This document shows positions 6,079-15,004 of a stretch of DNA of 32,000 bases, one piece after another. Position numbers and translations under genes: made by a program. Every line of letters starts with the position of its first letter. Positions within the stretch are counted from its first letter, which is position 1. Source of the DNA: Thermodesulfobacterium commune DSM 2178. Its GTDB lineage: Bacteria > Desulfobacterota > Thermodesulfobacteria > Thermodesulfobacteriales > Thermodesulfobacteriaceae. Location: NCBI RefSeq assembly GCF_000734015.1, contig NZ_CP008796.1, positions 1,530,001-1,562,000 on the forward strand, in the 5' to 3' direction. The notes under the pieces are model-generated. The model did not search any database and was not told the origin of the DNA. It saw nothing but the letters and a program-made list of their open reading frames with translations.

Positions 6079-7971
6079 ATGGAAGGTTTGATTGAGGTTT
6101 TAAAAAGTTTTTTGCTCATTTTTTTAGGTTGTATTCCTGTTGTCTGGGCAACTACTAAGCTTAAAGTTCCTTCTGTAATCGGGTTCTTAATCACTGGAAT
6201 TTTAGTCGGTCCTTATGGTATAGGTCTTTTAAAGGATGTTCACTTAATAGAAACCTTGGCTGAGATGGGTGTTATTTTCTTGATGTTTACTATAGGTATA
6301 GAGTTTTCTATTAAAAAATTGATAGCTTACCGAAACGAAGTCCTCTTAACAGGTTTTTTACAAGTTTTTTTAACAGTCCTTTTGATTTTAGGATTAAGCT
6401 TAGTCTTTTTAAAGACCTCATTTTCAAACGGAGTTTTTTATGGATTCCTTGTAGCTATGAGTAGCACGGCTTTGGTGCTTAAGATGCTGATGGATAGAGG
6501 AGAGATTAACTCGCCTTATGGTCGCACCTCTTTTGGGGTATTAATTTTTCAAGACTTAACCGTTGTGTTTGTAATGCTTATGCTGCCCATTTTAGCAGGA
6601 AAAGAGGGTAGCTTAGGAGGTCTCTTTTTTTCGATTTTTAAATCCTTTGGGTTTATTATCGGTTTATTTTTGGTAGCTTATTACGCCGTTCCTTATATCT
6701 TCCATCAGATAGTTAAAACCAAAAGTCGTGAGCTTTTTCTGATGACCTTGTTGAGCCTTGCTTTAGGAACAGCCTTTTTTTCCTATCAAATAGGTCTTTC
6801 TCTGGCTCTGGGTGCCTTTTTAGCAGGATTAGTGATTTCTGAATCAGACTATGCCTATCAAAGCGTAGCTGAAATTAAACCCTTAAAAGACCTTCTTATG
6901 GCTATATTTTTCGTGTCAATAGGACTTTTACTGAACCCTACCTTTCTTTTAAACAATTTCTTAAAAACGCTAGCCCTTTTAGGAGTTATGCTGCTGGTTA
7001 AGTTTGCAGGTATTTTTATAGCGACCTTACTGGTTAACAGAAGCCTAAGGGTAGCCCTTTTAACCACCTTCTATCTTTTACAGATAGGAGAGTTTTCTTT
7101 TGTTTTAGCCTTAGAAGGCAAAAGGATGGGCTTTTTGTCTGAAGAGTTTTACCAGGTGTTTATGGGGGCTTCGATCGCTTCTTTGTTTATAACTCCTTTT
7201 TGGATTCAGTTTAGTCATAACCTTACAGAATTTTTCCTGTCAAAGATTTCTTCTAAGCTGTATGTTCGTTATCAAAAGAGAAGGGCTGTAAAGATAAAAG
7301 AGGAAAAAGCTGAGTTAAAAGATCATACTATAGTAGTAGGTTTTGGGGTAGCAGGAAAAAACATCGTTTATGGACTAAAAACCTTAAAAATACCTTATGT
7401 TATTTTAGAAATGAACCCTAATACAGTTAAGAATTACAGACAAAAAGGAGAACCTATATTTTTTGGAGATGCTACCAACAGAGAGATATTACTTAAATTT
7501 GGGGTTAGAGAAGCTAAAACTTTAGTGGTTTCTATGGGAGATGTCATAGCAACCAGGAAGATCGTTTCTATAGCTAAAAAAGAAAATCCACAGCTTTACA
7601 TCATAGTAAGAAGTAAGTTTGTAGCTGAGATGGAAGAGTTGCTAAAATTAGGGGCTAATGAGGTGATACCTGAGGAGTTTGAGGTTTCTATAGAGATGTT
7701 TGCTAAAGTTTTAGAGACCTACAAAGTTCCTAAAAACGTTATCTATGAACTTTTAGAGAACTTGAGAAGCAAACATTATAGAGCCTTTAGAAACGTCCAA
7801 GATTTAAAATTTGAACTCTTAGAAGGGCTTGAATTTTTAAAAGGAGAAAACATCCAGAACTTTTTGGTTAAAAAGGGATATAGATTGGCAGGGAAGTCTA
7901 TAAAAGAGTTGGGACTTCGATCGAAAACAGGGGTTACCATCATAGCCATAAAAAGAGGCCCTGAGTTTTAA
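6079..7971 (+). CDS. CPA2-family cation/proton antiporter with C-terminal RCK (TrkA-N + TrkA-C) domain, KefB/KefC-like; ORF ends at an in-frame TAA inside TrkA-C
   Basis: There are about 12 predicted TM helices and the N-terminal pattern PSVIGFLITGILVGPYG. The Rossmann motif is HTIVVGFGVAGKN. The TrkA-C sequence LAGKSIKELGLRSKTGVTIIAIKRGPEF stops abruptly. No SD precedes the start. Confidence 0.85.
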   Translation: MEGLIEVLKSFLLIFLGCIPVVWATTKLKVPSVIGFLITGILVGPYGIGLLKDVHLIETLAEMGVIFLMFTIGIEFSIKKLIAYRNEVLLTGFLQVFLTVLLILGLSLVFLKTSFSNGVFYGFLVAMSSTALVLKMLMDRGEINSPYGRTSFGVLIFQDLTVVFVMLMLPILAGKEGSLGGLFFSIFKSFGFIIGLFLVAYYAVPYIFHQIVKTKSRELFLMTLLSLALGTAFFSYQIGLSLALGAFLAGLVISESDYAYQSVAEIKPLKDLLMAIFFVSIGLLLNPTFLLNNFLKTLALLGVMLLVKFAGIFIATLLVNRSLRVALLTTFYLLQIGEFSFVLALEGKRMGFLSEEFYQVFMGASIASLFITPFWIQFSHNLTEFFLSKISSKLYVRYQKRRAVKIKEEKAELKDHTIVVGFGVAGKNIVYGLKTLKIPYVILEMNPNTVKNYRQKGEPIFFGDATNREILLKFGVREAKTLVVSMGDVIATRKIVSIAKKENPQLYIIVRSKFVAEMEELLKLGANEVIPEEFEVSIEMFAKVLETYKVPKNVIYELLENLRSKHYRAFRNVQDLKFELLEGLEFLKGENIQNFLVKKGYRLAGKSIKELGLRSKTGVTIIAIKRGPEF

Positions 7972-8082
7972 ATAAATCCCTCTCCTGAAGAAAAAATAGA
8001 AGAAGGGGATGTGTTAATTTTGATAGGCAAAGAAGAGGATTTGGCAAAAGCTCAGGCTTATTTAAAAGAGTTTGAACCTTAA
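7972..8082 (+). other. Orphaned 36-codon tail of the TrkA-C domain, same frame as 6079..7971
   Basis: Directly after TAA 7969-7971 the same frame reads INPSPEEKIEEGDVLILIGKEEDLAKAQAYLKEFEP*. This is the expected continuation of a TrkA-C domain (P-x-P ... GD-x-L-x-x-x-G). Confidence 0.8.
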
Positions 8083-8112
8083 AGTTTGTAATATCTAAAG
8101 AGGTGTAGATAG

Positions 8113-9327
8113 ATGGAAAACTTAGAAATTCATGTACTTTTCTTGTACATCGGGATTATTTTGTTTTTGGCAAGATTGACAGGAGATATTTTTGCAAAGT
8201 TTGGTATTCCCTCGGTGATAGGAGAAATTTTAGTAGGAGTTTTGCTTGGTCAGAGTGTCTTAGGATTAATTCCTGTTAACAAGGTAATACAAATTTTAGC
8301 AGAACTTGGGATCATATTTTTGTTGTTTCATATAGGCTTTGAGGCAGACTTAAAGCAGCTAAAAAAGGTGGGTTTTTGGGCCTTAGAAGTGGCTCTAATC
8401 GGGGCAGTTTTCCCCTTTTTGTTAGGTATGAGCGTTTCTCTTTTTGTTTTTGACTTAAATCTCACCCAAGCCCTTTTTATAGGAGGTACCCTTACAGCTA
8501 CAAGTATAGGTATAACCATAAGGGTACTTGAGGACTTAGGTAAACTTAACGAAAGATTCTCCCAAATAGTGTTGGGAGCAGCGGTACTTGATGATATCTT
8601 TGGGGTAGTTGTTCTATCTATTCTTTTTGAGTTTTCAAAAACCCAAACGGTAGAGATAAAAAATACTTTATTGTTTATGACATATATCGCAACCTTTTTT
8701 TTGATAGCTCCGGTTTTGGGAAAATTTTTAGCTTATATCATATCGTTCATAGCTAAGAGGTTGTCTACCGTAGATTTTGTTCCTCCTGTTGTGGTAGCTT
8801 TGATGTTGTTTTTTGCCTATGCTGCTCATGAAATAGGATCTCCAGAAATCTTAGGAGCTTTTACCGCAGGAATTGCCTTTTCTCGCAGGTTTACCATTCC
8901 TTTTGCTATAGCACTAAATACCGATAAAGAAATCGTTCACAAGATAGAAACTTCTCTCCAACCGTTATTAAATCTTTTTACTCCTATCTTTTTTGTTTAC
9001 GTAGGACTTCAACTTAACCTTAAAGTGATAGATTTTTCCTCTGCTACCTTTTGGTTTTTAAGCCTTGTTCTTTCGGTGGTAGCTATTTTAGGAAAACTTG
9101 CTGTAGGGTTGATGATTAAAGGTGATTGGAAAGAAAGGTTAAGCGTAGGCTTTTCTATGGTGCCAAGAGGAGAGGTTGGCCTCATTTTTGCTGAATTTGG
9201 CAGGATAAGCGGGGTTTATGACGAAATGTTATATGCGGTAATGGTTTTTGTCGTTGGTATCACTACCTTTCTTCCTCCTATAGTCCTTAAAATAATTTGG
9301 AGACAACCTACCTTGTTTAAGTATTAG
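8113..9327 (+). CDS. Cation/proton antiporter (CPA2 / Na+/H+ exchanger family), membrane domain only
   Basis: 404 aa and polytopic. LTGDIFAKFGIPSVIGEILVGVLLGQSVLG is a typical N-terminus. An AGAGGTG RBS is present. Confidence 0.85.
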   Translation: MENLEIHVLFLYIGIILFLARLTGDIFAKFGIPSVIGEILVGVLLGQSVLGLIPVNKVIQILAELGIIFLLFHIGFEADLKQLKKVGFWALEVALIGAVFPFLLGMSVSLFVFDLNLTQALFIGGTLTATSIGITIRVLEDLGKLNERFSQIVLGAAVLDDIFGVVVLSILFEFSKTQTVEIKNTLLFMTYIATFFLIAPVLGKFLAYIISFIAKRLSTVDFVPPVVVALMLFFAYAAHEIGSPEILGAFTAGIAFSRRFTIPFAIALNTDKEIVHKIETSLQPLLNLFTPIFFVYVGLQLNLKVIDFSSATFWFLSLVLSVVAILGKLAVGLMIKGDWKERLSVGFSMVPRGEVGLIFAEFGRISGVYDEMLYAVMVFVVGITTFLPPIVLKIIWRQPTLFKY

Positions 9328-9408
9328 CCTTTAGCCTAAATAGGTGTTGAAACAAGGTTGTAGATTTAAAATAGTTGGTTTTTACTAAAATTGTTGTATT
9401 ATTTACTT

Positions 9409-9975
9409 ATGATATTAATTCATGTTTGTTGTGGACCTTGTTTACTTTATCCACTGTCTTGGTTTAAGGAAAAAGGAATAGAGGTTTTGGGATATTTTTA
9501 CAACCCGAATATCCACCCTTATCGAGAGTTTAAAGTAAGGGTTAAAGCCTTAGAACAGGTAGAAACGCTAAAAGGGATTAAAATAATCTGGGACAAAACT
9601 TATGGTCTTAGATTTTTTGTTAAAGAAACTTTTATGGTTTGTGAAAATCCTGAAAAAAGATGTGAACGCTGTTATGTAATAAGGCTTAGACAAACGGTAA
9701 AAAAAGCCTTGGAATTAAAGGCAGAAGCCTTTACTACAACCTTACTTTATAGTATTTACCAAAAACATAACCTCATAAAAGAAATAGCTGAAGACCTGAG
9801 TCATAAATATCGGATCCCTTTTTTTTATGAAGATTTTAGAAAAGGGTATAAACTTGGTCAGGAAGAGGCTATAACCCTTGAACTTTATAGGCAGTCTTAT
9901 TGTGGGTGTATCTTTAGTGAAGAAGAAAGATACTCTAAAGCCCTTATCAAAGAGCTAAAAAGAAAAAATAAATAG
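9409..9975 (+). CDS. queH: Epoxyqueuosine reductase QueH (DUF208 family)
   Basis: MILIHVCCGPCLLYP ... NPNIHPYREF ... CERCY ... YCGCIFS gives the Cys motifs typical of QueH. The track start TTG 9391 is possible, but ATG 9409 gives the usual N-terminus. Confidence 0.8.
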   Translation: MILIHVCCGPCLLYPLSWFKEKGIEVLGYFYNPNIHPYREFKVRVKALEQVETLKGIKIIWDKTYGLRFFVKETFMVCENPEKRCERCYVIRLRQTVKKALELKAEAFTTTLLYSIYQKHNLIKEIAEDLSHKYRIPFFYEDFRKGYKLGQEEAITLELYRQSYCGCIFSEEERYSKALIKELKRKNK

Positions 9976-9985
9976 GAGGTGTTTT

Positions 9986-10345
9986 ATGGTTTTTAAGGAT
10001 TATCAAGCCTATTTAGAAAAAAAAGAAGAGCTGACTAAAAAACTTTTAGGAAAATTTGGTTGTGTGGTTGAGTTTAACGGATTTGTAAGAGAGTATGATT
10101 TAAAGGGAGGAGAGGTAGTTCCTGCAGAAGGTATGTTTATCAAAGACGAGGTTTTTAACTATCTCGAAGACATAAGAAAAAATACCATAGAAAAGTTTGG
10201 TTTGATAGAGGTAATCATCTATCATAACCAAGGATTCTTAAAGGTAGGAGATAGGGTCACAGGATTTGCTATATTTGCTAAACATAGATACGAAGCCTTT
10301 GAGGCTTTGCAGTATTTGATAAACGAAGTAAAGAAATATCACTAA
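9986..10345 (+). CDS. MoaE-like (molybdopterin synthase large-subunit fold) protein, short form
   Basis: FNGFVREYDL ... IIYHNQGFLKVGDRVTGFAIFAKHRYEAFEALQYLINEVKK parallels the MoaE pattern F-x-G-x-VR ... HR-x-G-x-L-x-x-G ... HR-x-x-AF-x-A ... K. It ends before the usual PIWKKE tail. A GGAGGTG RBS is present. Confidence 0.6.
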   Translation: MVFKDYQAYLEKKEELTKKLLGKFGCVVEFNGFVREYDLKGGEVVPAEGMFIKDEVFNYLEDIRKNTIEKFGLIEVIIYHNQGFLKVGDRVTGFAIFAKHRYEAFEALQYLINEVKKYH

Positions 10346-10360
10346 ACCTTTGGGAGGCTT

Positions 10361-10990
10361 ATGGCTAATAATCCTTGGTTCGATACATGGGCTAAAAAGG
10401 CAAAGGAGGCAGGGTATCCAGCCCGGTCGGTTTATAAACTGATGGAAATCCAAGAGGCTTATCGGTTGGTAAAAAAGGGAGATGTGGTGCTTGATTTAGG
10501 CGCAGCTCCTGGGTCTTGGTCTAAATATCTATGTAAACTTGTGGGAAAAGAGGGTAGGGTTATAGGGGTTGACTTGCAAGAGGTTAAGATAAGTCATCCT
10601 AATTTTACTTTTTTACTAAAGGACGTTTTTGAGTTAACTTCTCAAGACTTTTTAGCTTTGGGAATAGATAAGTTTGACGTAATCGTTAGTGACATGGCAC
10701 CTAAGACCACCGGAGATAAGTTTGTAGACCATGTAAGGTCTGTTAGTTTAGTCGAAAAGGCTTTAGAATTGGTTTTGATAGCTTTAAAACCTAGTGGACA
10801 CTTTGTAGCAAAGGTTTTTGAAGGTCAGAAGCTTCCTCAACTTAAAAAACAAATTGAAAAATACTTCAAAGGTGTTAAACTTTTTAAACCTAAGAGTTCA
10901 AGAAAAGAAAGCAGAGAGATGTTTATCGTTGCTCAACATTTTAAACCTAAAACAGACTTGAGGATCGATGAAGATTCTACACAGCTCTGA
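10361..10990 (+). CDS. rlmE: 23S rRNA (uridine-2'-O)-methyltransferase RlmE/FtsJ
   Basis: GYPARSVYKLMEIQEAY, VLDLGAAPGSWSKY, VIVSDMAPKTTG and KVFEG are canonical FtsJ motifs. Confidence 0.9.
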   Translation: MANNPWFDTWAKKAKEAGYPARSVYKLMEIQEAYRLVKKGDVVLDLGAAPGSWSKYLCKLVGKEGRVIGVDLQEVKISHPNFTFLLKDVFELTSQDFLALGIDKFDVIVSDMAPKTTGDKFVDHVRSVSLVEKALELVLIALKPSGHFVAKVFEGQKLPQLKKQIEKYFKGVKLFKPKSSRKESREMFIVAQHFKPKTDLRIDEDSTQL

Positions 10991-12158
10991 CTGGCATTTA
11001 GGAAAAATCCTTCAAAACAAAAAATTGATAGATTATCAACTCAGCTTCTTTGAAAAAACATTCCTTCCTCTGGTAAAAGAACAAAAACCTGACTTTATCG
11101 TGGTGTCAGGAGATATAGTGGATAAACCTATCCCAGATTATGAGACCTTAAAGGGGTATAAAGAAGTTCTTAGGATGTTAACTTCAACCAAGGTTCCCAT
11201 CCTTTTTATCTTAGGGAACCATGATTCTAAAAGGGTCAGTCTTTTTAAAGAATTTTTAGAGGCTGAAAAAATCTATTTAGCAGACGACCTCTCTTTTTTC
11301 ATAAATCCCTTTGTATGGAAGAAAAACGGAGAGAGAGTTTATTTTTATTTGCTCCCCCATCTTTCTGTGTTTGAGTTGATTTCTCTTGTAAAAGAATCGT
11401 TTTCTAATGAGGCTTTAGACTTTTTAGAAGGAAAGGATCAGGTATCTGTGCCAGAACTTTTAAGGTTTCTTTTTTCTAAAGTAGAAATAAAAAAGCCTGC
11501 GGTTTTGGTAGGACATTTAGCGGTAGACAGTGCAGTTTTTTCTGGAGAAGAGGTTTTAAGAGGTAGATGGCAAAATACAGTAGGAAATGAAGAAATATTT
11601 CCGCTAAGTCTCTTTGAATGTTTTGACCTCTGTCTTTTTGGACATCTTCATAGGCTTCAGTCCCTTAACTTTAATGTTCTTTATTCAGGTAGCCCTATGC
11701 CTTATAGTTTTGACGAGGCAAACTATAAAAAAGGCTTTTGGTTTATTTCTTTTGAGAAAGAAAGGGTGAGCTACGAACCAATCTTTATAGACCCTCCTTA
11801 TCGATTAAAAACCTACGAAGGCTATTTTAAGGATCTTATCCTTAAGGGTGATGAGAGTTTTGTAAGAATAATTTTGAAGGACAAAACTCCGGTTGCCTAT
11901 CCATATGAGCGGTTAAAAAAGGTTTTCCCCAATCTTCTTGAATTAAAATATGAAGAGGAGGTTAAGCAAGAAGAAAAGGAGTGGAGTTTATTAGGTATCG
12001 ATCAGCACTTAGATAAGACCCAAAGGTTAGATGAAAAGGATCTTTTCCGTAAGTTTTATCGTTTTGTAGAGGGAAAAGAGATAGAGGAGCCCCTTTTTGA
12101 AGTTTTTTCAGAATATTTAGAGGAATTTTTAAAAAATAAGCAGGAGAGCGTTTTATGA
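10968..12158 (+). CDS. sbcD: SbcD/Mre11-type calcineurin-fold nuclease
   Basis: MKILHSSDWHLGK, VVSGDIVD, LGNHD and GHLH are metallophosphoesterase motifs in SbcD order. The gene overlaps the rlmE 3' end by 23 nt. Confidence 0.8.
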   Translation: MKILHSSDWHLGKILQNKKLIDYQLSFFEKTFLPLVKEQKPDFIVVSGDIVDKPIPDYETLKGYKEVLRMLTSTKVPILFILGNHDSKRVSLFKEFLEAEKIYLADDLSFFINPFVWKKNGERVYFYLLPHLSVFELISLVKESFSNEALDFLEGKDQVSVPELLRFLFSKVEIKKPAVLVGHLAVDSAVFSGEEVLRGRWQNTVGNEEIFPLSLFECFDLCLFGHLHRLQSLNFNVLYSGSPMPYSFDEANYKKGFWFISFEKERVSYEPIFIDPPYRLKTYEGYFKDLILKGDESFVRIILKDKTPVAYPYERLKKVFPNLLELKYEEEVKQEEKEWSLLGIDQHLDKTQRLDEKDLFRKFYRFVEGKEIEEPLFEVFSEYLEEFLKNKQESVL

Positions 12159-12250
12159 ATTTAGATGGGATTTTAGTAATCTTAGGGATAGTTGTAGTTT
12201 GGTTAGTTTTGGTTAAGGTATTTTCTAAGGCAGGAATTCAGCCTTGTTGA
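12155..12250 (+). CDS. Possible 31-aa hydrophobic micro-protein, translationally coupled to sbcD
   Basis: The ATG overlaps the sbcD TGA (ATGA). The peptide is MNLDGILVILGIVVVWLVLVKVFSKAGIQPC, one TM helix. It is not in the ORF track and no homology was recognised. Confidence 0.3.
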   Translation: MNLDGILVILGIVVVWLVLVKVFSKAGIQPC

Positions 12251-12315
12251 CAAATTCCTTTTCCTCCAGAGGGAGGAAAGAAAACCACTAAAAAACAAAC
12301 AAAAGGAGGGACAAA

Positions 12316-13128
12316 ATGCCGGTAAAAGCTATAGTAGCAGGTGCTGCAGGTAGGATGGGTAAAACCCTCATTAACCTTATTTTTAATAATCCTGAAATAG
12401 ATTTAGTAGGGGCTTTTGAACATCCTGAACATCCTGCTGTAGGAAAAGACGTAGGAGAAGTGGTAGGTCTCCCTAAAACAGGAATCATCGTAGAAGGAAG
12501 TTTAGAAAAGGTTATAGAAAAAGGAGATGTAATCATAGATTTTACCTTCCATAAAGCCTCCTTAGAAAACATAAAAATCAACGCTAAATACAAAAAGGCT
12601 TATGTTTTGGGAACAACAGGTTTTACCAAAGAAGAACTAGAAGAGATCCATCAACTGGCTAAACAAAACTTTCCTTTAGTTCAGGACTACAACATGAGTA
12701 TGGGAGTTAATCTTCTTTGCAAGTTGGTAGAGATTACCGCTAAGGTGCTTGCTGAAGGTTATGACATCGAAATCATAGAGGCCCATCATAGGATGAAAAA
12801 AGACGCCCCCAGTGGGACAGCTTTAAAGTTGGCCAACGTAATAGCTCAGGCTTTAGGTAGGAGCGATAAGGATTATCGGTTTTGTAGGGAAGGTATCATA
12901 GGAGAAAGGACTCCTAAGGAAATAGGAATACAAACGATAAGAGGAGGAGACATCGTAGGAGAACATACGGTGCTTTTTGCCGGTATAGGAGAAAGAATAG
13001 AGCTTACCCATAAAGCAAGCTCAAGAGAAACCTTTGCCAGAGGGGCTATCAAAGCTGCGATTTGGGTGGTTGGTAAAGAGCCTGGGGTTTATGGAATGCA
13101 GGATGTCCTTGGTTTAAGAAATCTTTAG
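12316..13128 (+). CDS. dapB: 4-hydroxy-tetrahydrodipicolinate reductase
   Basis: VKAIVAGAAGRMGKTLI and EAHHRMKKDAPSGTALKLA are DapB signatures. An AAGGAGGG RBS is present. Confidence 0.92.
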   Translation: MPVKAIVAGAAGRMGKTLINLIFNNPEIDLVGAFEHPEHPAVGKDVGEVVGLPKTGIIVEGSLEKVIEKGDVIIDFTFHKASLENIKINAKYKKAYVLGTTGFTKEELEEIHQLAKQNFPLVQDYNMSMGVNLLCKLVEITAKVLAEGYDIEIIEAHHRMKKDAPSGTALKLANVIAQALGRSDKDYRFCREGIIGERTPKEIGIQTIRGGDIVGEHTVLFAGIGERIELTHKASSRETFARGAIKAAIWVVGKEPGVYGMQDVLGLRNL

Positions 13129-13142
13129 GGATTGGATGGTTT

Positions 13143-13937
13143 ATGGAAGAAAAAATTTGTCCTACTAAAGATTTACAAGCCTTAAGGGAAGAACTAAAAA
13201 AACATACCGGTTTAAGGGATGTTAGGTTTGTTTTGGCTGTGGGAAGTGGTAAGGGAGGGGTAGGGAAAACTACCGCCTCAACCCTTATCTCTCTTGGTTT
13301 AAAGGCTAATGGATACTCGGTTGGACTGTTTGACCTGGATTTTTACGGTCCTAACGTTAATTTTGCTTTAGGTTTGAAAAATACCCCCCCTTTGATCGAA
13401 TTTGGAAAAATAAAGCCGGTATTAGGTCCTTTTCAGTTGAAGGTAATGAGCTTAGCCCTTATGGTTTCTGAAAAAGAGCCGGTTTTTATGAGAGGGCTTA
13501 TGGCTTCTAAACTTTTGCAGGAGCTTGTAGGGAAGGTTGAATGGGGTCCTCTTGATTTTTTAGTTCTTGACCTACCTCCTGGTACCGGGGACATCTTTCT
13601 TACCATGCTTGACCTTTTTGCCCCAGAGGGTTTTGTGCTGGTTACCACTGCCAACAAGATGGCTTTAGCAGATGCCTTGCGGACTGTGGGTATTTTAAGA
13701 GAAAAACAGGTGCCAGTTTTAGGGGTAATCAAGAATTTTTCTGGGGTCTTTGAACAACAAGACGCGTTTAAAGAGTTTTTGGAAAAAACTAAACTTCCTC
13801 TACTTTTTGAGCTCCCTTTTATAGAGGAGCTTTCCTCGTGTGAGGATTTGACCGAGTTGTTTCAATTACCTGGGAAAAAGGAGCTTTTACAAAATATGGT
13901 AGACCAGATACTTGAGAGAGTATTTAGGATACGATAG
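13143..13937 (+). CDS. Mrp/NBP35/ApbC-like P-loop ATPase (MinD/ParA superfamily)
   Basis: LAVGSGKGGVGKTTASTLISLGL is a deviant Walker A, with DLDFYGPN and LDLPPGTGD. The CxxC normally found after the G-x-x-x-N-(M/F)-S segment is absent (GVIKNFSGVFEQQDAF). Confidence 0.8.
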   Translation: MEEKICPTKDLQALREELKKHTGLRDVRFVLAVGSGKGGVGKTTASTLISLGLKANGYSVGLFDLDFYGPNVNFALGLKNTPPLIEFGKIKPVLGPFQLKVMSLALMVSEKEPVFMRGLMASKLLQELVGKVEWGPLDFLVLDLPPGTGDIFLTMLDLFAPEGFVLVTTANKMALADALRTVGILREKQVPVLGVIKNFSGVFEQQDAFKEFLEKTKLPLLFELPFIEELSSCEDLTELFQLPGKKELLQNMVDQILERVFRIR

Positions 13938-13952
13938 CTTAGGGTCTGATAG

Positions 13953-14714
13953 ATGGGAATTTATACTGAGCTTGTAGAAAGGGCTCTTCCGTATGCCAGG
14001 GCTAAAAAAATAAAAAGAATGGTGATAGGAATTCACTATACGATGGTTGAGGTAGAAAGGTGTGGGACAGGGCTTGCTTATACTCTTTTGCCTGAAATTA
14101 AGAACTGTTGCGAGTTAGATGGTAGTATTAACTTTTGGAAATTACCTGCAGACATAGCGATAAAAGGTTATCTTTCTTTTAACCAGATTGAGTCGCTCGT
14201 AGGACTTGCAACCATCAATGCTATCTTTTCTGGCAGGAAAGAAAATTTAAAAAATGCTGTAGAAGGGGATCTTTTTTCAATACTCAAGTTTGACTATAGA
14301 GATGAAGTTCTTATGGTAGGGAGATTTGACCCTGTACTTCGCAAACTTCAAGGGAAGGTTAAAAAGGTTTGGTTATTAGAAAAAGAGGAAGACATAACAA
14401 CCTTTTCTATAGAGGAAATCAAGGATAAACTTAAGTTGGCTATAATTACTTCTTCAACCTTGGTTAACAAGACGTTAGAACGGATTTTAGAGAGTCTTTA
14501 TGGGGTACCTGAGGTGGCTTTGATGGGACCGACCACCCCTCTTTGTCCTGAGGTTTTCCGTTTTACCCCTATAACTTGGCTTTGTGGAGCCATAGTAAGA
14601 GACCCTGACCAACTTTTTATTAAAATTTGTGAAGGTAAAGGAACTCAAGCCTTTTTTAAGGCCAATACCCCGAAACCTATACTTGAAAAAATTAACCTAA
14701 GGGTAAAAAAATGA
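13953..14714 (+). CDS. DUF4213/DUF364-type protein (putative Rossmann-like chelatase-related domain)
   Basis: The N-terminus VIGIHYTMVEVERCGTGLAYTL and overall length resemble the DUF364 family as I recall it. This was not verified. Confidence 0.5.
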   Translation: MGIYTELVERALPYARAKKIKRMVIGIHYTMVEVERCGTGLAYTLLPEIKNCCELDGSINFWKLPADIAIKGYLSFNQIESLVGLATINAIFSGRKENLKNAVEGDLFSILKFDYRDEVLMVGRFDPVLRKLQGKVKKVWLLEKEEDITTFSIEEIKDKLKLAIITSSTLVNKTLERILESLYGVPEVALMGPTTPLCPEVFRFTPITWLCGAIVRDPDQLFIKICEGKGTQAFFKANTPKPILEKINLRVKK

Positions 14715-15004
14715 ACCTACGATGGTTTTTACAGCCGAAGGTTTTTGCTGCTATAGTTTTATGGGTGCTTTTTAGCTTAAGGATCTATCCTTCAGATTTG
14801 ATAAAAACCTTATTGCATTCTGGAAGGATCTTTATAGGAAGTGGACTTTATGGTTTAGGAATTACGATTATTTTTAATGGACTATTGGCTAAATTTACTA
14901 AGAAAGGATTAAATAGAGACCAGTTTATAAAAATGGCCCTTTGGTTGGCTGTGCTTACGGCTGTAGGTGCAAGCCTTGAGTTTTATTTTGGGATGGGGAA
15001 ATGA
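14711..15004 (+). CDS. Small integral membrane protein (about 3 TM), unknown function
   Basis: 97 aa and hydrophobic. ATGA overlaps at both ends couple it to DUF364 upstream and murI downstream. Confidence 0.55.
   Translation: MNLRWFLQPKVFAAIVLWVLFSLRIYPSDLIKTLLHSGRIFIGSGLYGLGITIIFNGLLAKFTKKGLNRDQFIKMALWLAVLTAVGASLEFYFGMGK

Noticed and set aside
9328-9408. preQ1 riboswitch upstream of queH
   Set aside because: Only a short CCTA-aa-TAGG hairpin and an A-rich tract are present. I could not match the conserved preQ1-I/II core, so there is no support.
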